Source: a virus. From it: a DNA stretch of 64,000 bases. The stretch lies in the IMG/VR virus record IMGVR_UViG_3300024261_000015, positions 1 to 64,000 of that record; one strand, 5' to 3'. How positions within the stretch are numbered: position 1 is the stretch's first letter; each line of letters begins with the position of its first letter. Position numbers and translations under genes: made by a program. Under the pieces are notes generated by a model. The model was not told where the DNA came from. It made no database searches and worked only from the letters and a program-made list of their open reading frames with translations. This document shows positions 39,922-49,806 of this stretch, one piece after another.

Positions 39922-40230
39922 ATGAAAGAATATAAACCACTTCCCCATTACGTAACGATAAGAGAATCTGAGGTTAGCCCAGGCTCTTTCGGTATCTATA
40001 CTACGAGGGACATTATCCCAAATACTATTATAGGTGTTACGCATCACACGATAGACCATAATGATTTTGAGGGGAATCATGAGTCCGAGGTTATTAGGAC
40101 TCCTCTCGGAGGGTTCTGTCAAATATTTGAACATCACAACTGCACTCACGTACTGGATAATGGCGTAGGCAAGCTCGTAACCTTGCGAGCAATTCTTTCT
40201 GGTGAGGAACTTTCTTCAGATTTTGGTTAA
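39922..40230 (+). CDS. SET-domain-like protein (degenerate)
   Basis: IRES...FGIYTTRDI, RTPLGGF and TLRAILSGEEL; the NHS motif is replaced by QIF. Confidence 0.65.
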   Translation: MKEYKPLPHYVTIRESEVSPGSFGIYTTRDIIPNTIIGVTHHTIDHNDFEGNHESEVIRTPLGGFCQIFEHHNCTHVLDNGVGKLVTLRAILSGEELSSDFG

Positions 40231-40260
40231 ACAATCGCGCAAAATTTTCTATAATACATT

Positions 40261-40488
40261 ATGAACACTACATCAACATCTGAAAAATATCTGGCTCAAA
40301 TGCTGGAAGGTTACGAGAACGGCATCCAAGGGGTGGACAACTACATTTCTGAAACTCAAACTGCGCTTGATAAAGCAAAGGAGCAGAAACAAGAAATGCT
40401 GGATTCCATCGAGGAGATTAGGGCAGAGCTTGGTCTCGAAGATGAGATTGCTGAACCTGCCGAAGTTGAAATCTTGAACGAGGCATAA
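40261..40488 (+). CDS. Acidic coiled-coil protein
   Basis: CTATAAT ending 5 nt before ATG. Confidence 0.6.
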   Translation: MNTTSTSEKYLAQMLEGYENGIQGVDNYISETQTALDKAKEQKQEMLDSIEEIRAELGLEDEIAEPAEVEILNEA

Positions 40489-40504
40489 AACTTTCTTTAA
40501 ATTT

Positions 40505-40544
40505 AAGAACCCCTTGAAGCCTTTGGCCCGAGGGGTTCTTTTTT
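40505..40544 (+). terminator. Rho-independent terminator
   Basis: AAGAACCCCTTG...CGAGGGGTTCTT plus T run. Confidence 0.75.
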
Positions 40545-40561
40545 ACCTATATAAGTTTAGT

Positions 40562-41150
40562 AAAAGTCAAGTATGGGAAACTTAGTAAAAGTCAAGTCCT
40601 ATAGGTGCTCTTACTATACCCATACCCCCCCACAAGGAAAAGTCAAACAATCATGCCCCTACGAACAGGTAAAAGTCAAGAGGACGTGTCCTCTAATATA
40701 AGCAAGCTAAGCGATGAGGGCTATCCTCAGAAGCAAGCTGTCGCTATCTCACTCGATAAAGCGGGGAAGGGCAAGAAGAGGAAGCGTATGAAGAAAGTCA
40801 ACGAGACAGGCTTTGTAGTTCAAGGTGCCCCAGCTTCCGAGTTTGGTAGGACTTTTGATAATGCCTGGAAACCTGATTTGACGGTGGGATTTGGTGGAAA
40901 GTCAAAAGTCAAACCCCCCCGCTCAGACAAACCTGAACGGCGGGATTCAACTCACTCAAACCACAAATCTAGTTCGCACAAACCAAAAATGACGAAGGTA
41001 TAAGCGTGAAAGTCAAAAACCACTCTTGACGCATCACCTTTATGTTATACCTTGCCTCCATATTATATTATAGTCCATGCGGCTACAATCATGTTCCTGA
41101 TTACCTAGATACTTATAACCATCATGCGATGGTGTAATTAGAAAAGTCAA
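40562..41150 (+). repeat. Cluster of 9 same-strand (A)AAAGTCAA motifs
   Basis: Copies at 40562, 40587, 40638, 40671, 40794, 40898, 40904, 41009 and 41142. Confidence 0.8.
40653..41003 (+). CDS. Small basic phage protein (MPL..GKS...NIS.L..EG.PQKQAVAI type)
   Basis: Recognisable N-terminal motif common in phage small proteins. Confidence 0.65.
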   Translation: MPLRTGKSQEDVSSNISKLSDEGYPQKQAVAISLDKAGKGKKRKRMKKVNETGFVVQGAPASEFGRTFDNAWKPDLTVGFGGKSKVKPPRSDKPERRDSTHSNHKSSSHKPKMTKV

Positions 41151-41152
41151 AG

Positions 41153-41572
41153 ATGGAACGCAAAAACTACATTGTTAAGTTAAAGATGTCCGAAGAGGAA
41201 TTGTCGTGTTTCAGGAACCTGGAACCTCTTCTTAATCTTTCTATGTCTCCGAACGAGTCAAACCTCATTTCCAGGTTGCTAGGTTATGAGGACAGTCACG
41301 ACCTAACCAAAAAAGGGTATAAATCTAATAGATTTTTACGACAGGCTTTTCAAGTACTCGCATTTCTGTATATAACAAGAGAAGATAGTGGAACCTTTAT
41401 TGATTTTTGGGATAGGTTAATCTTCACAGACAAAGAGGTTGAGAGTAAAGTACGCAGAACTTTCAATATTGTTGATAGTAGGGAAACACTTTCGTCTTCG
41501 CAGCTTGAGTTAATGTGGTTGTTAGATACGGATAAGGACGAACTGGACACTACGGATTCTGATTCCGAGTAA
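41153..41572 (+). CDS. Hypothetical protein
   Basis: 139-aa ORF. Confidence 0.55.
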   Translation: MERKNYIVKLKMSEEELSCFRNLEPLLNLSMSPNESNLISRLLGYEDSHDLTKKGYKSNRFLRQAFQVLAFLYITREDSGTFIDFWDRLIFTDKEVESKVRRTFNIVDSRETLSSSQLELMWLLDTDKDELDTTDSDSE

Positions 41573-41609
41573 ACACAAAGTACAGTTTGTCGCAGAGCCT
41601 ATATGCGCC

Positions 41610-41706
41610 CTAAGTCCTTGCTGTGTAACGACTTAGGGCAAATGTTCGTTTTTACTCGATTTCTTACACCTAGGCTATTGACATTGGAGGAGATTATGTT
41701 AAAATG
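41610..41706 (+). promoter_or_regulatory. 10-7-10 palindrome plus sigma70 promoter for the MoxR operon
   Basis: CTAAGTCCTT-GCTGTGT-AACGACTTAG, then TTGACA (41678) and TAAAAT (41700). Confidence 0.8.
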
Positions 41707-41764
41707 GGGGTCGTTCGGGAGAAGTCCCGTCCGTTTAACTATACTTTAACCATAGGACTTACTA

Positions 41765-42574
41765 ATGTTCGTAATTGACGAAACTAAAAAAGAAATGCTT
41801 TCGACTCTAATTGAGTCGGGCAAAAACTGTTTACTTACAGGGGCAACAGGGTGTGGCAAAACCACACTTTGCCTGGAAGTAGCAACCTCACTAGGACTGA
41901 ATCCAGTTGTAATTAACATGGGTTCCACACAGGACGCTAGGACTTCTCTTATCGGCTATCATGTTTTGGAGGACGGTACGACCCGATTCCAAACCTCGGA
42001 CTTTATTAAAGCCATTCAGACTCCTAATACGCTCATTATTCTTGATGAACTTTCCAGGGCTTCGGATGATGCGTTTAATATCATTTTTCCATTGTTGGAT
42101 TTCCGTAGGGACATTCGTGTTGAGGAACTTGGTGGTTCTGGGGAAACCATTACGGTAGAACCCTCGGTGCGTTTCGTTGCTACTGCAAATATCGGGCTGG
42201 ACTATTCTTCTGCGCGTTCACTAGACCGTGCTTTGAAGGACCGTTTTATTCCTTTTCACCTTGATTACATTAAGGGAAAGGAACTTTCCAAGTACATTAC
42301 TCATCTTTTCGGGGGTGAGGTTTCTAAGAAATCGAAGCCTCTTGTTCAGGTTTATGATTACTCTCACCAACAGTACAAGGATAGCAAAATCTCTTCGCAG
42401 ATTTCAACTCGTATGGTTTTGGAGTGCGTTCCTCTTATGGATAAGTTCTCTCTCAAAGACATTCTTAACAATGTCCTGCTTTCTATGTACGAGGAAGATT
42501 CTTGCAGCGTTATCAATGATGCTAACATCATTCGTGAGTATGCCGATTCGCTTGGTATGTTTGAGGTAAACTGA
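41765..42574 (+). CDS. MoxR/CbbQ/CobS-like AAA+ ATPase
   Basis: GATGCGKT, ILDELSR, ATAN and LDRALKDRF motifs. Confidence 0.9.
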   Translation: MFVIDETKKEMLSTLIESGKNCLLTGATGCGKTTLCLEVATSLGLNPVVINMGSTQDARTSLIGYHVLEDGTTRFQTSDFIKAIQTPNTLIILDELSRASDDAFNIIFPLLDFRRDIRVEELGGSGETITVEPSVRFVATANIGLDYSSARSLDRALKDRFIPFHLDYIKGKELSKYITHLFGGEVSKKSKPLVQVYDYSHQQYKDSKISSQISTRMVLECVPLMDKFSLKDILNNVLLSMYEEDSCSVINDANIIREYADSLGMFEVN

Positions 42575-42576
42575 TA

Positions 42577-43887
42577 ATGGAAGAGCCTACCATAGATGCC
42601 GAATACATGAATCGGTGGTTAGGTGAAGGTAGCCAAATTGAAAGCCTTGCACCTAAAACTCTGTATGATGTGCAGACACTTATTGAATATTACCGAGACA
42701 TTATTGTTCCTGATAAAAAGGTTTCTATCGCTTTCCCTACCAATGCAACCGAATCTCCAAGAGCGTGTGTATCAAGGGGGGAAGTGATAATCCCTTTTAA
42801 TCTTTTGCAAGTGGGTCGAGTAGATGAAACTATTGGTGCAATGATACATGAGTTGCATCATATTAAACTTACTCCTAGCGAGAAGTTCTACCATAAATTG
42901 TCATTTCAATTCCTCAGAACATTGATGGAGCAGATTGATTGTTATGGGCTAACCCTAGCAGAAAGAGTGTTTACCGATTCTTCTATTACTATGGACAAGA
43001 TTCTAGGTAATGAGGCGTGTGGAGCAGACATCTCATTTATTCGCAAAGTGTTAGGCGATTTGTTGTTTTTAATCAATGCAGTAGAGGATGTTAGAATTGA
43101 CGCTAACACCCCTCCAAACCTTAGAAAGTATATCGACAAGATAGACAAGAAGGGTGAGGCACAACTACTTGAAGCGATTAAAAATGGTAGTTTCTCTAAC
43201 GAAAGTAGGGATTTAGTTTCTATTGGGTATATGATTCTTATGCACCATAAAGGTATGCACAAGTTTCCGTACATCGAAAGTACTTATGGGGACACTCAAG
43301 GTATTATTGATGCAGATGCTCTTTCTTATCCGACTGGGTTGTTTACTGCCTACAAAGAGGAAATAGCTTCTCACATTTATGAGGAGTACATTAAACATTG
43401 CGGTATGCCTCCTGATGCGAAGCAATCTCAAAATGGTGACGATTCTGAGTTTGATATTAATGGTTACTTTGGCGGCAAGGTTAATCATAGTATTGGGGAT
43501 TCTCTAGATGAGCAACTAGACAAAACGACTGTTGCGAAACATGAAGAAGCCCAACAAGATGCTGAAAAATCTGCTGTAGACTCGGCTAAAGAACTACTTA
43601 AAGACCTTAAAGTTAATACTAACCAATCAATGGATGCTTCAGGTAAAACTGTTACCTCTATGGACATTTCTCTAAATGAAACTACTGATAGCTCTGAACA
43701 GTCTGCTCCGCAGAATGCACAAGAGCTTAGGGAACTATTAGAGAAAGAGAGAGAAAATGTTGTGATGTCCCCTGGGATGGTGCAACAAATCAAATCATTT
43801 AAAAATATTCGGGTTCATACAGCAACCGAATCATTTTCTGACCGTACTGTAACTTTCGATACTGTAATCTTTGACGCAACAAACTAA
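42577..43887 (+). CDS. HEXXH metallopeptidase-like (CobT N-terminal-like) protein
   Basis: GAMIHELHH and NAVEDVRID motifs. Confidence 0.75.
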   Translation: MEEPTIDAEYMNRWLGEGSQIESLAPKTLYDVQTLIEYYRDIIVPDKKVSIAFPTNATESPRACVSRGEVIIPFNLLQVGRVDETIGAMIHELHHIKLTPSEKFYHKLSFQFLRTLMEQIDCYGLTLAERVFTDSSITMDKILGNEACGADISFIRKVLGDLLFLINAVEDVRIDANTPPNLRKYIDKIDKKGEAQLLEAIKNGSFSNESRDLVSIGYMILMHHKGMHKFPYIESTYGDTQGIIDADALSYPTGLFTAYKEEIASHIYEEYIKHCGMPPDAKQSQNGDDSEFDINGYFGGKVNHSIGDSLDEQLDKTTVAKHEEAQQDAEKSAVDSAKELLKDLKVNTNQSMDASGKTVTSMDISLNETTDSSEQSAPQNAQELRELLEKERENVVMSPGMVQQIKSFKNIRVHTATESFSDRTVTFDTVIFDATN

Positions 43888-44668
43888 AACCATGACTTCA
43901 CCTAAACTATACCACATTAAACATCCTCTCTCTAACAATGATTTGCCTGAGCAAACACTTGCTACTTTTACTGACCAAGATGTTGCTGATTACAAAGCAG
44001 AGTTCAAGGTTTATCAATCAGCACAAAATGATTGTGTTCGTGACCTAAACAGTCTTATTGATACCTGTCGTAACGATTTAGCTACTATCTTTGGTTCGTC
44101 TAGTGAGTGCAAGCAAGTTAAGTACTTTGACCGCATGGTTCGTTCTGGAGAAACTGTAACGGATGTTCATGCAATGTCGTATGCTCGACCTGAAACTGTG
44201 AAAATGCGTGTTGAGGAAGCGCGGAAAAAGTATTCTGCTTTTATGGGTTCTGCCAATACTCCTAAAGTAAGCGGAGACGATTCACTTAAAGAAATTAACA
44301 ATGCAGTTTCTTTCCTTATGGGTAAGGGCATGACTCTAAACAGCGATTTTACTATCTCCAATGCTGTAAGTATGGCAAAGGCTTCCTTCCAGCAAGACCT
44401 TAACGATAACCTTATCCAATCTAAGGATGCAGATGGTTGGTCTGGTTTAACTAATAATATCATTATGTCTTCCGATGGTGCGGTATTTCCTACCTCCTCA
44501 TTCGCGTATACAGGTTGTGGAGTAAATGAGCTTAACTTTAAGGCGATTGATATTAATTTAGATACGGATACCCTAAGCTCTTCTATACGGAAGGTAATTG
44601 AAAAAGGTACTATTACTTACGACATTTCTTTCTCCCAGTCACAAACCCCTACCTTGGTGATTCTCTAA
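43871..44668 (+). CDS. Hypothetical protein
   Basis: 265-aa ORF within the operon. Confidence 0.6.
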   Translation: MTQQTKTMTSPKLYHIKHPLSNNDLPEQTLATFTDQDVADYKAEFKVYQSAQNDCVRDLNSLIDTCRNDLATIFGSSSECKQVKYFDRMVRSGETVTDVHAMSYARPETVKMRVEEARKKYSAFMGSANTPKVSGDDSLKEINNAVSFLMGKGMTLNSDFTISNAVSMAKASFQQDLNDNLIQSKDADGWSGLTNNIIMSSDGAVFPTSSFAYTGCGVNELNFKAIDINLDTDTLSSSIRKVIEKGTITYDISFSQSQTPTLVIL

Positions 44669-45579
44669 TGCCCGAAACGACAGGTTTGGCTTTCTCCGAA
44701 AAGCCTTTGTATGAACCAGAGAGGTATTCAGCTTCTTTAGCGGAGAATACTATCTCTATGAGAAATGAACTTTATGAAAAGTTTAAGAGGCATATCACTT
44801 TGTTGCTTGAGCAGAATAAGACTCGTAAGGTAGCATCTAGGAAAGGGTACTTGAACCCTCGCTCTTTGCATAAGTATCAGTATGCGGATAACATCTTTCA
44901 GAAAACCATTCGTTCTATATCAGCAGACACTACTATTGTGTTTCTCATTGATGGTTCAGGTAGTATGAGTAATACTATTGATACAAGTGTAGGTAAGCTA
45001 ACTTACATTAATGTATGTACGGCGGTAGCATCTGCATTTGCGAAGGCTAATGCAACTGTCTTGAAGGGTAAGATTCCTATTGAGGTTTTTATTAAGTCTG
45101 CTCCTACAGTTCATGGTACTTCGCTTACAGGAACTAAGAATGGCGGAATGGCTGTTCTTTCCAGAGTGTTTACTTCGTCTAAGCGCGATAACAACTATGA
45201 CCGTTTGTTGAAGGTAGGTACTAACTCTCCTATTATTTTTAAGTCTGGTAGTTATGATGGAAGTTACACTTGCGAGTATGCCGTTCTCCCTGCATTGCAG
45301 AAATGGATTGCAAAGAATGTAAAAACTAAAAAGTGTATTGTGTTTAACCTTACTGATGGTGAAGCATACTGCTCTTTGGGCGTGACTGATTACCAATTCA
45401 GAAGCGAAGATACCAAAGCTATGCGTATGAAGTACCTTAGAGGGATTCCTAATCTTACACTTATGCTAGGTGCTGAAGGGGATGAGCGTAAGAAGGATAT
45501 TTATGGGGAGAATATGCTTTGTGCAGAAGAGGACTTTTCTGGTGCATTGTTCCGAGCGTTTGCGGGGTTTTTGTCCTGA
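44668..45579 (+). CDS. von Willebrand A domain protein (MoxR partner)
   Basis: G.LNPRSL; FLIDGSGSM (MIDAS); LTDGE. Confidence 0.88.
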   Translation: MPETTGLAFSEKPLYEPERYSASLAENTISMRNELYEKFKRHITLLLEQNKTRKVASRKGYLNPRSLHKYQYADNIFQKTIRSISADTTIVFLIDGSGSMSNTIDTSVGKLTYINVCTAVASAFAKANATVLKGKIPIEVFIKSAPTVHGTSLTGTKNGGMAVLSRVFTSSKRDNNYDRLLKVGTNSPIIFKSGSYDGSYTCEYAVLPALQKWIAKNVKTKKCIVFNLTDGEAYCSLGVTDYQFRSEDTKAMRMKYLRGIPNLTLMLGAEGDERKKDIYGENMLCAEEDFSGALFRAFAGFLS

Positions 45580-46163
45580 TGCTTACTAATGACCAATGGT
45601 TTAAAATCCATAAAAAGTATAAGCGTTTGATGTATGCGGTATCGCATAAGATTGGAGGGGATAAGGTTGCACATGATTTTGATGACAGTAACCAAGAACT
45701 TGCAATTACAGCTATGGACGCTTGCGATGCCTTTGCTCGAAAGACGGGACAGGACTTCGATACCTATTTTGGTACTACGCCTTTTGATAAATACATTAAA
45801 ACCTGTCTGTGGAATAAGAAGAACAATGTTGGAACCAAGATTAAGAAGAAATACGAAATCAGACGATGCGTTTCTCTTTCATCTAACCCCGAAATGTTCT
45901 CTACTGAAACAGGCAATGTGTATGCAAGTGCTAACCTTGAACAAGAGCCAACCTCTATTTCAGCATTTGATGACGCTAACCTAGACACTACATCCCAGGC
46001 AATTGCCGATGCTGTAATATCTGACATGAGAATCATTAAACCTGATGGCACTCTAAACATTTCTAAACTTTCACGAATCACTAACAAACCAAAAAATGAA
46101 GTTCGTAACGCCATCGAGAAGATGAAGTACGACTTACGGGACTACAACAATGAAACAAACTAA
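45579..46163 (+). CDS. Putative phage sigma70/ECF-like factor
   Basis: KYKRLMY..SHKI, DDSNQE and FDKYI...LWN (region 2-like); C-terminal HTH-like ISKLSRITNKPKNEVRNAIEKM. Confidence 0.6.
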   Translation: MLTNDQWFKIHKKYKRLMYAVSHKIGGDKVAHDFDDSNQELAITAMDACDAFARKTGQDFDTYFGTTPFDKYIKTCLWNKKNNVGTKIKKKYEIRRCVSLSSNPEMFSTETGNVYASANLEQEPTSISAFDDANLDTTSQAIADAVISDMRIIKPDGTLNISKLSRITNKPKNEVRNAIEKMKYDLRDYNNETN

Positions 46164-46944
46164 TAAACTTCCGCGTCAAGTGGGTTACTCCTTACTTAAA
46201 TCACTTTACCTTGCATCTACTTCTTTGCTGGCGGCAAATAGCCTCTCGGATAGTAGGTATAATAATAAACATAAGAAAGCAATGATTTCGAGGAACTCTA
46301 CTCTGTTTCTTGAAAGAGATATTGACGCTATGAAATCCATTACTACCTTTTACCAACAGACAATGGAGAAATTGCAAGAGGGAAACCCTCTACCTACAGG
46401 CTCATTCATTACTGTTGCCAAGCACCATATCCCCAATCTAAAGTATGTGTCTACAGATACTTCTGTTGGTATTGTCCTTACTACTGCAATGCTTAAAAGG
46501 ATTCTTGAATTGTCCACAACCGTAGGGTATGATGTTAAAGGACATACGATAGCAGATAGAGGTATTTTGTATAGTTGTGAGGCTATACAATACACTTCAG
46601 ATATGCAGCATCCCTCAGTTGCTTTTTTGAAGATTCTCGATACCATTCGTTACTTTGAGGAGATAGATTCTGTGATTATGGAGATTTCTCTGGATGGGAT
46701 TCACAATGATTATGAATCATCTCTAGGGGCTTCCAGGGGTTACTATCATAATACCAGAGCGCAGAATAGCCAGAAAGCTAAGAGTGTATTCCCAATGATT
46801 TCTGACCGTTACCAACATGATAGTTGGTTACATTACCTATCCACTCTGTATAGTGGAATTGTTGAACCTGATACTATCTGTGCTATCAATACTGAGTTAC
46901 CTATGACTGTTATGCTGGCTGAACTAAAGGGTGTAAGCGCATGA
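46150..46944 (+). CDS. Hypothetical protein
   Basis: 264-aa coupled ORF. Confidence 0.6.
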   Translation: MKQTNKLPRQVGYSLLKSLYLASTSLLAANSLSDSRYNNKHKKAMISRNSTLFLERDIDAMKSITTFYQQTMEKLQEGNPLPTGSFITVAKHHIPNLKYVSTDTSVGIVLTTAMLKRILELSTTVGYDVKGHTIADRGILYSCEAIQYTSDMQHPSVAFLKILDTIRYFEEIDSVIMEISLDGIHNDYESSLGASRGYYHNTRAQNSQKAKSVFPMISDRYQHDSWLHYLSTLYSGIVEPDTICAINTELPMTVMLAELKGVSA

Positions 46945-47270
46945 GAGTTAGGTACACAGAAAAAGAGGTTTTAGAAAACCCTATGAAGCATATTAGAGGT
47001 TATTGCAGGTACAAGTCCTTTACATTGAAAGGTAATGAGACGGACTCGCGCTTTGAAGCACACAGCGAAGTTTATGGGAAAATACACCTTGCTGTAAGGT
47101 GGGGTATATCGCGGTACGCTAAACTCCCAGCTAACAGTACTAATATTTTTGATACCAAGCGATTCGTACTAGACCTTTGGAATGGCGAAATCGTTTGGCA
47201 GAACTTTGATAAAACTAACCCCCATACCTATAAGTTTAAAGGTATAGGTAACAACTACAAAACCTACTAA
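46941..47270 (+). CDS. Hypothetical protein
   Basis: Coupled ORF. Confidence 0.55.
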   Translation: MRVRYTEKEVLENPMKHIRGYCRYKSFTLKGNETDSRFEAHSEVYGKIHLAVRWGISRYAKLPANSTNIFDTKRFVLDLWNGEIVWQNFDKTNPHTYKFKGIGNNYKTY

Positions 47271-47539
47271 TGAAAAAATATATCGTATTTAAGAAAGTCC
47301 TAGCCCATGAACTCATACTTGTAAAAGGAGAAACGCCCGCAAATGCCGTTGAGAATGTAATCGAAGGAAAAGAAATTATAACTAAATCCCCTTTAGAATG
47401 GGAAGAAGATTGCGACCCATACACATGGTTGGTGGAACCCATAGACGCTACTGACGAAGAGTTGGAAGAATTACGAAAGAGTAAAAACTCCGCATCTTAT
47501 ATTTTTACAGACTACGATTCTTCTAAGGAGATTGACTGA
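47270..47539 (+). CDS. Hypothetical protein
   Basis: Coupled ORF. Confidence 0.55.
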   Translation: MKKYIVFKKVLAHELILVKGETPANAVENVIEGKEIITKSPLEWEEDCDPYTWLVEPIDATDEELEELRKSKNSASYIFTDYDSSKEID

Positions 47540-47766
47540 TGCTAGAAAATAACGAAATTAGAGGTAATGTTGAGATTACACTTACACCCGATGAGTTCCA
47601 AGGCATTCAGTACGCCTTAAGAAGCGTTGTAAGGCACGAAGGCACAGACTCCAGTAAACACTACTCCCATATTAGAAATGCGTCAGGAGTGCTGCAAAGA
47701 GCCGTAGAGGAAGAAGATACAGAGAGAATTAATTCATTTTACGACAGTACTTACGGTAAAAAATAA
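47539..47766 (+). CDS. Hypothetical protein
   Basis: AGGAG RBS; coupled ORF. Confidence 0.55.
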   Translation: MLENNEIRGNVEITLTPDEFQGIQYALRSVVRHEGTDSSKHYSHIRNASGVLQRAVEEEDTERINSFYDSTYGKK

Positions 47767-47777
47767 CTATAATACTT

Positions 47778-48893
47778 ATGATGGCTAAAAAGAAGATATG
47801 TTACTCGGTATTTGTAGAGGATAAACCCTATTTGCTATGGCAGCTAGAATTGTTCCTGTACTCCTTAACAAAGAGAGCAAAGATAGACCCAAAGGACATA
47901 TTCCTATTTTGGGCTTCCCCTGATTACTACACCGAACCTTCAAGACCCGATTATGAAGGACACATTGCTAGTGAGTGGTTACAAGGTATTGTTCAAGCAT
48001 ATCCTGCTATGCACCATAGGTATTCACAAAACTTTGGTAGGCAAAATCGTTGTTTCCGTTTCATGGGTAAAGGTAATTGGCACGGAAAACCGTATGCAGG
48101 ACTCAACAAGTGGTCAGCATGGATTGAATGGGCGAACGCGGATTGCTTTAAGGAGTGGGACGAAGTTTGGATTTTGGAACAAGACCTTTGGTTCTCAGGT
48201 GAAATACCTAAAGTACCTGACGGGAATGTAGTGTCCTATAACTGGATTCCAGGGCGTAAGAATGCGTTTAAGAAAGCTCACGCTCCTGACCAAGTAGATG
48301 AGTTCCAAACCTCAAGAGACTTCAAGAAAAACGCTTTCAGGGGACAGAACCTTGAAGACATCATGCGACTAACAGGCATGAACAAGAATAAAATCGCTAA
48401 GTGGAAACAAGGAGCAGTATTATTTAAGTTTAAAGTCCCAGACCTTAGACCCAAGTTGCTTAACGATATTATGAACTTCAATTACCTGCTACTACACCTT
48501 ATGGAGATTAAACATCCATTAGGTATGAGACACGAAACTGATATGATTGCACCTAGCCTAGCAATAGCAAATAGTAATTTGGACATAGAATCATTAAGAG
48601 ATAATAAACTAAGGACAGACACATGGACACATGATGAAGAGATACCTCAAGATACCATTGTCCATTATGGTTGGAACTTTAAGAACTACCCTCACCTTAA
48701 TGTTGATTGGGGTAAAAGTGATTTCGCAGAGTTAGCACCTTGGCAAGAGAAAAGGCAGGACTTAATCAAATACTCTGAAGAAGCTAAGTTTGAATGGACG
48801 AGAAACTTCTTTACTGATATGTTAAGTATTCACATGGAGTTTCCTAACATACTACGAAGATGCACGAAACAGAATCACGAACTAAGAGTATAG
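47778..48893 (+). CDS. GT-A glycosyltransferase resembling GT95/GT96 protein O-glycosyltransferases
   Basis: YLLWQ...YS, Y..LNK..W..W, WILEQDLWF and IVHYG parallel HPAT/SGT1 motifs. Confidence 0.55.
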   Translation: MMAKKKICYSVFVEDKPYLLWQLELFLYSLTKRAKIDPKDIFLFWASPDYYTEPSRPDYEGHIASEWLQGIVQAYPAMHHRYSQNFGRQNRCFRFMGKGNWHGKPYAGLNKWSAWIEWANADCFKEWDEVWILEQDLWFSGEIPKVPDGNVVSYNWIPGRKNAFKKAHAPDQVDEFQTSRDFKKNAFRGQNLEDIMRLTGMNKNKIAKWKQGAVLFKFKVPDLRPKLLNDIMNFNYLLLHLMEIKHPLGMRHETDMIAPSLAIANSNLDIESLRDNKLRTDTWTHDEEIPQDTIVHYGWNFKNYPHLNVDWGKSDFAELAPWQEKRQDLIKYSEEAKFEWTRNFFTDMLSIHMEFPNILRRCTKQNHELRV

Positions 48894-49066
48894 AAGATAT
48901 ACTTTCCTACTTAGAGGATAGTATAGATACGGATACCACACTTCTTAAATACCCACCCGTAGTTACTGATGGGGGTAAGGACATAACAGAGTGTATAGAG
49001 GGTAGATTGTTAGCTTACCGTGGGGTAAAATCTTTCATAAAGAAAGGAAATTGGGGGGAGGAATAG
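48860..49066 (+). CDS. Hypothetical protein
   Basis: Last + strand ORF before a non-coding gap. Confidence 0.45.
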   Translation: MHETESRTKSIEDILSYLEDSIDTDTTLLKYPPVVTDGGKDITECIEGRLLAYRGVKSFIKKGNWGEE

Positions 49067-49333
49067 CATTGTTTGTTCCCTTTTAGTTTGATGTTTATCA
49101 GATGGACAGTCTTAGTATCCCTGTTGTGGGGGTGTTAAGGCTGTTTTTTTGTTTCTTATTTCTTATAAGCTATACCCCTCACTAGGGTATTAAATCTCAT
49201 TAGTAGCTAAAAAAACAAGGATTAGTAAGAGTTTGGTGGCATAAGACTTGAATTAGATACGACATACGAGCGATTATTCGATATTTATGGCGCATTACAA
49301 CCCTACTTTCATACTTACAATGCTAGTATTGGT

Positions 49334-49661
49334 AAAAGTCAAGTCCCAATTTTGGGCTCAGACAGAGAAAGTCAAACTACGCCCCCCCACATAGGGGCGA
49401 AGTAAAAAAAAAGAGAGGTAGCATAAGCCACCTCTCACTAAGAAAAGTCAAACCCCCATTTTAACCCCATGAAATCCCCTCAGAAGGAAAAGTCAAGTGC
49501 GTGCGCCTTACAGCTCACAGGAGGGGGTTTCTATCTATGCACCCCTTATACAAAAATCACTAAGAAAAGTCAAGTTTGGATTTTTCACACTCGTAAACAT
49601 GCACGAAACACACATTAAACTGGAAGCAAAATCTGCTCGTGGGTCGAACGAGAAAAGTCAA
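49334..49661 (+). repeat. Cluster of 6 same-strand (A)AAAGTCAA motifs in a non-coding gap
   Basis: Copies at 49334, 49368, 49443, 49488, 49565 and 49653. Confidence 0.8.
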
Positions 49662-49728
49662 GTGGCAGCTCCAGCGGGCAGCCCCTACGCTAGGGAGGTA
49701 ACTTGTATCACATACAACTATGTAAAGT

Positions 49729-49806
49729 TGGTAGGGGGAATGGGATTCGAACCCATAACCTTTCATATATAAGATGAATGCACTAACCTGATTGTGCTAT
49801 CCCCCT
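49729..49806 (-). tRNA. tRNA-Ile(UAU) with encoded CCA
   Basis: AGGGGGA/TCCCCCT acceptor; GCAC/GTGC D stem; TTCAT-CTTATAT-ATGAA anticodon arm; ATGGG-TTCGAAT-CCCAT T arm; ACCA. Confidence 0.92.

Noticed and set aside
49497-49772. ORFs overlapping tRNA-Ile and the AAAGTCAA cluster
   Set aside because: They are explained by the tRNA and non-coding motifs and have no credible start signals
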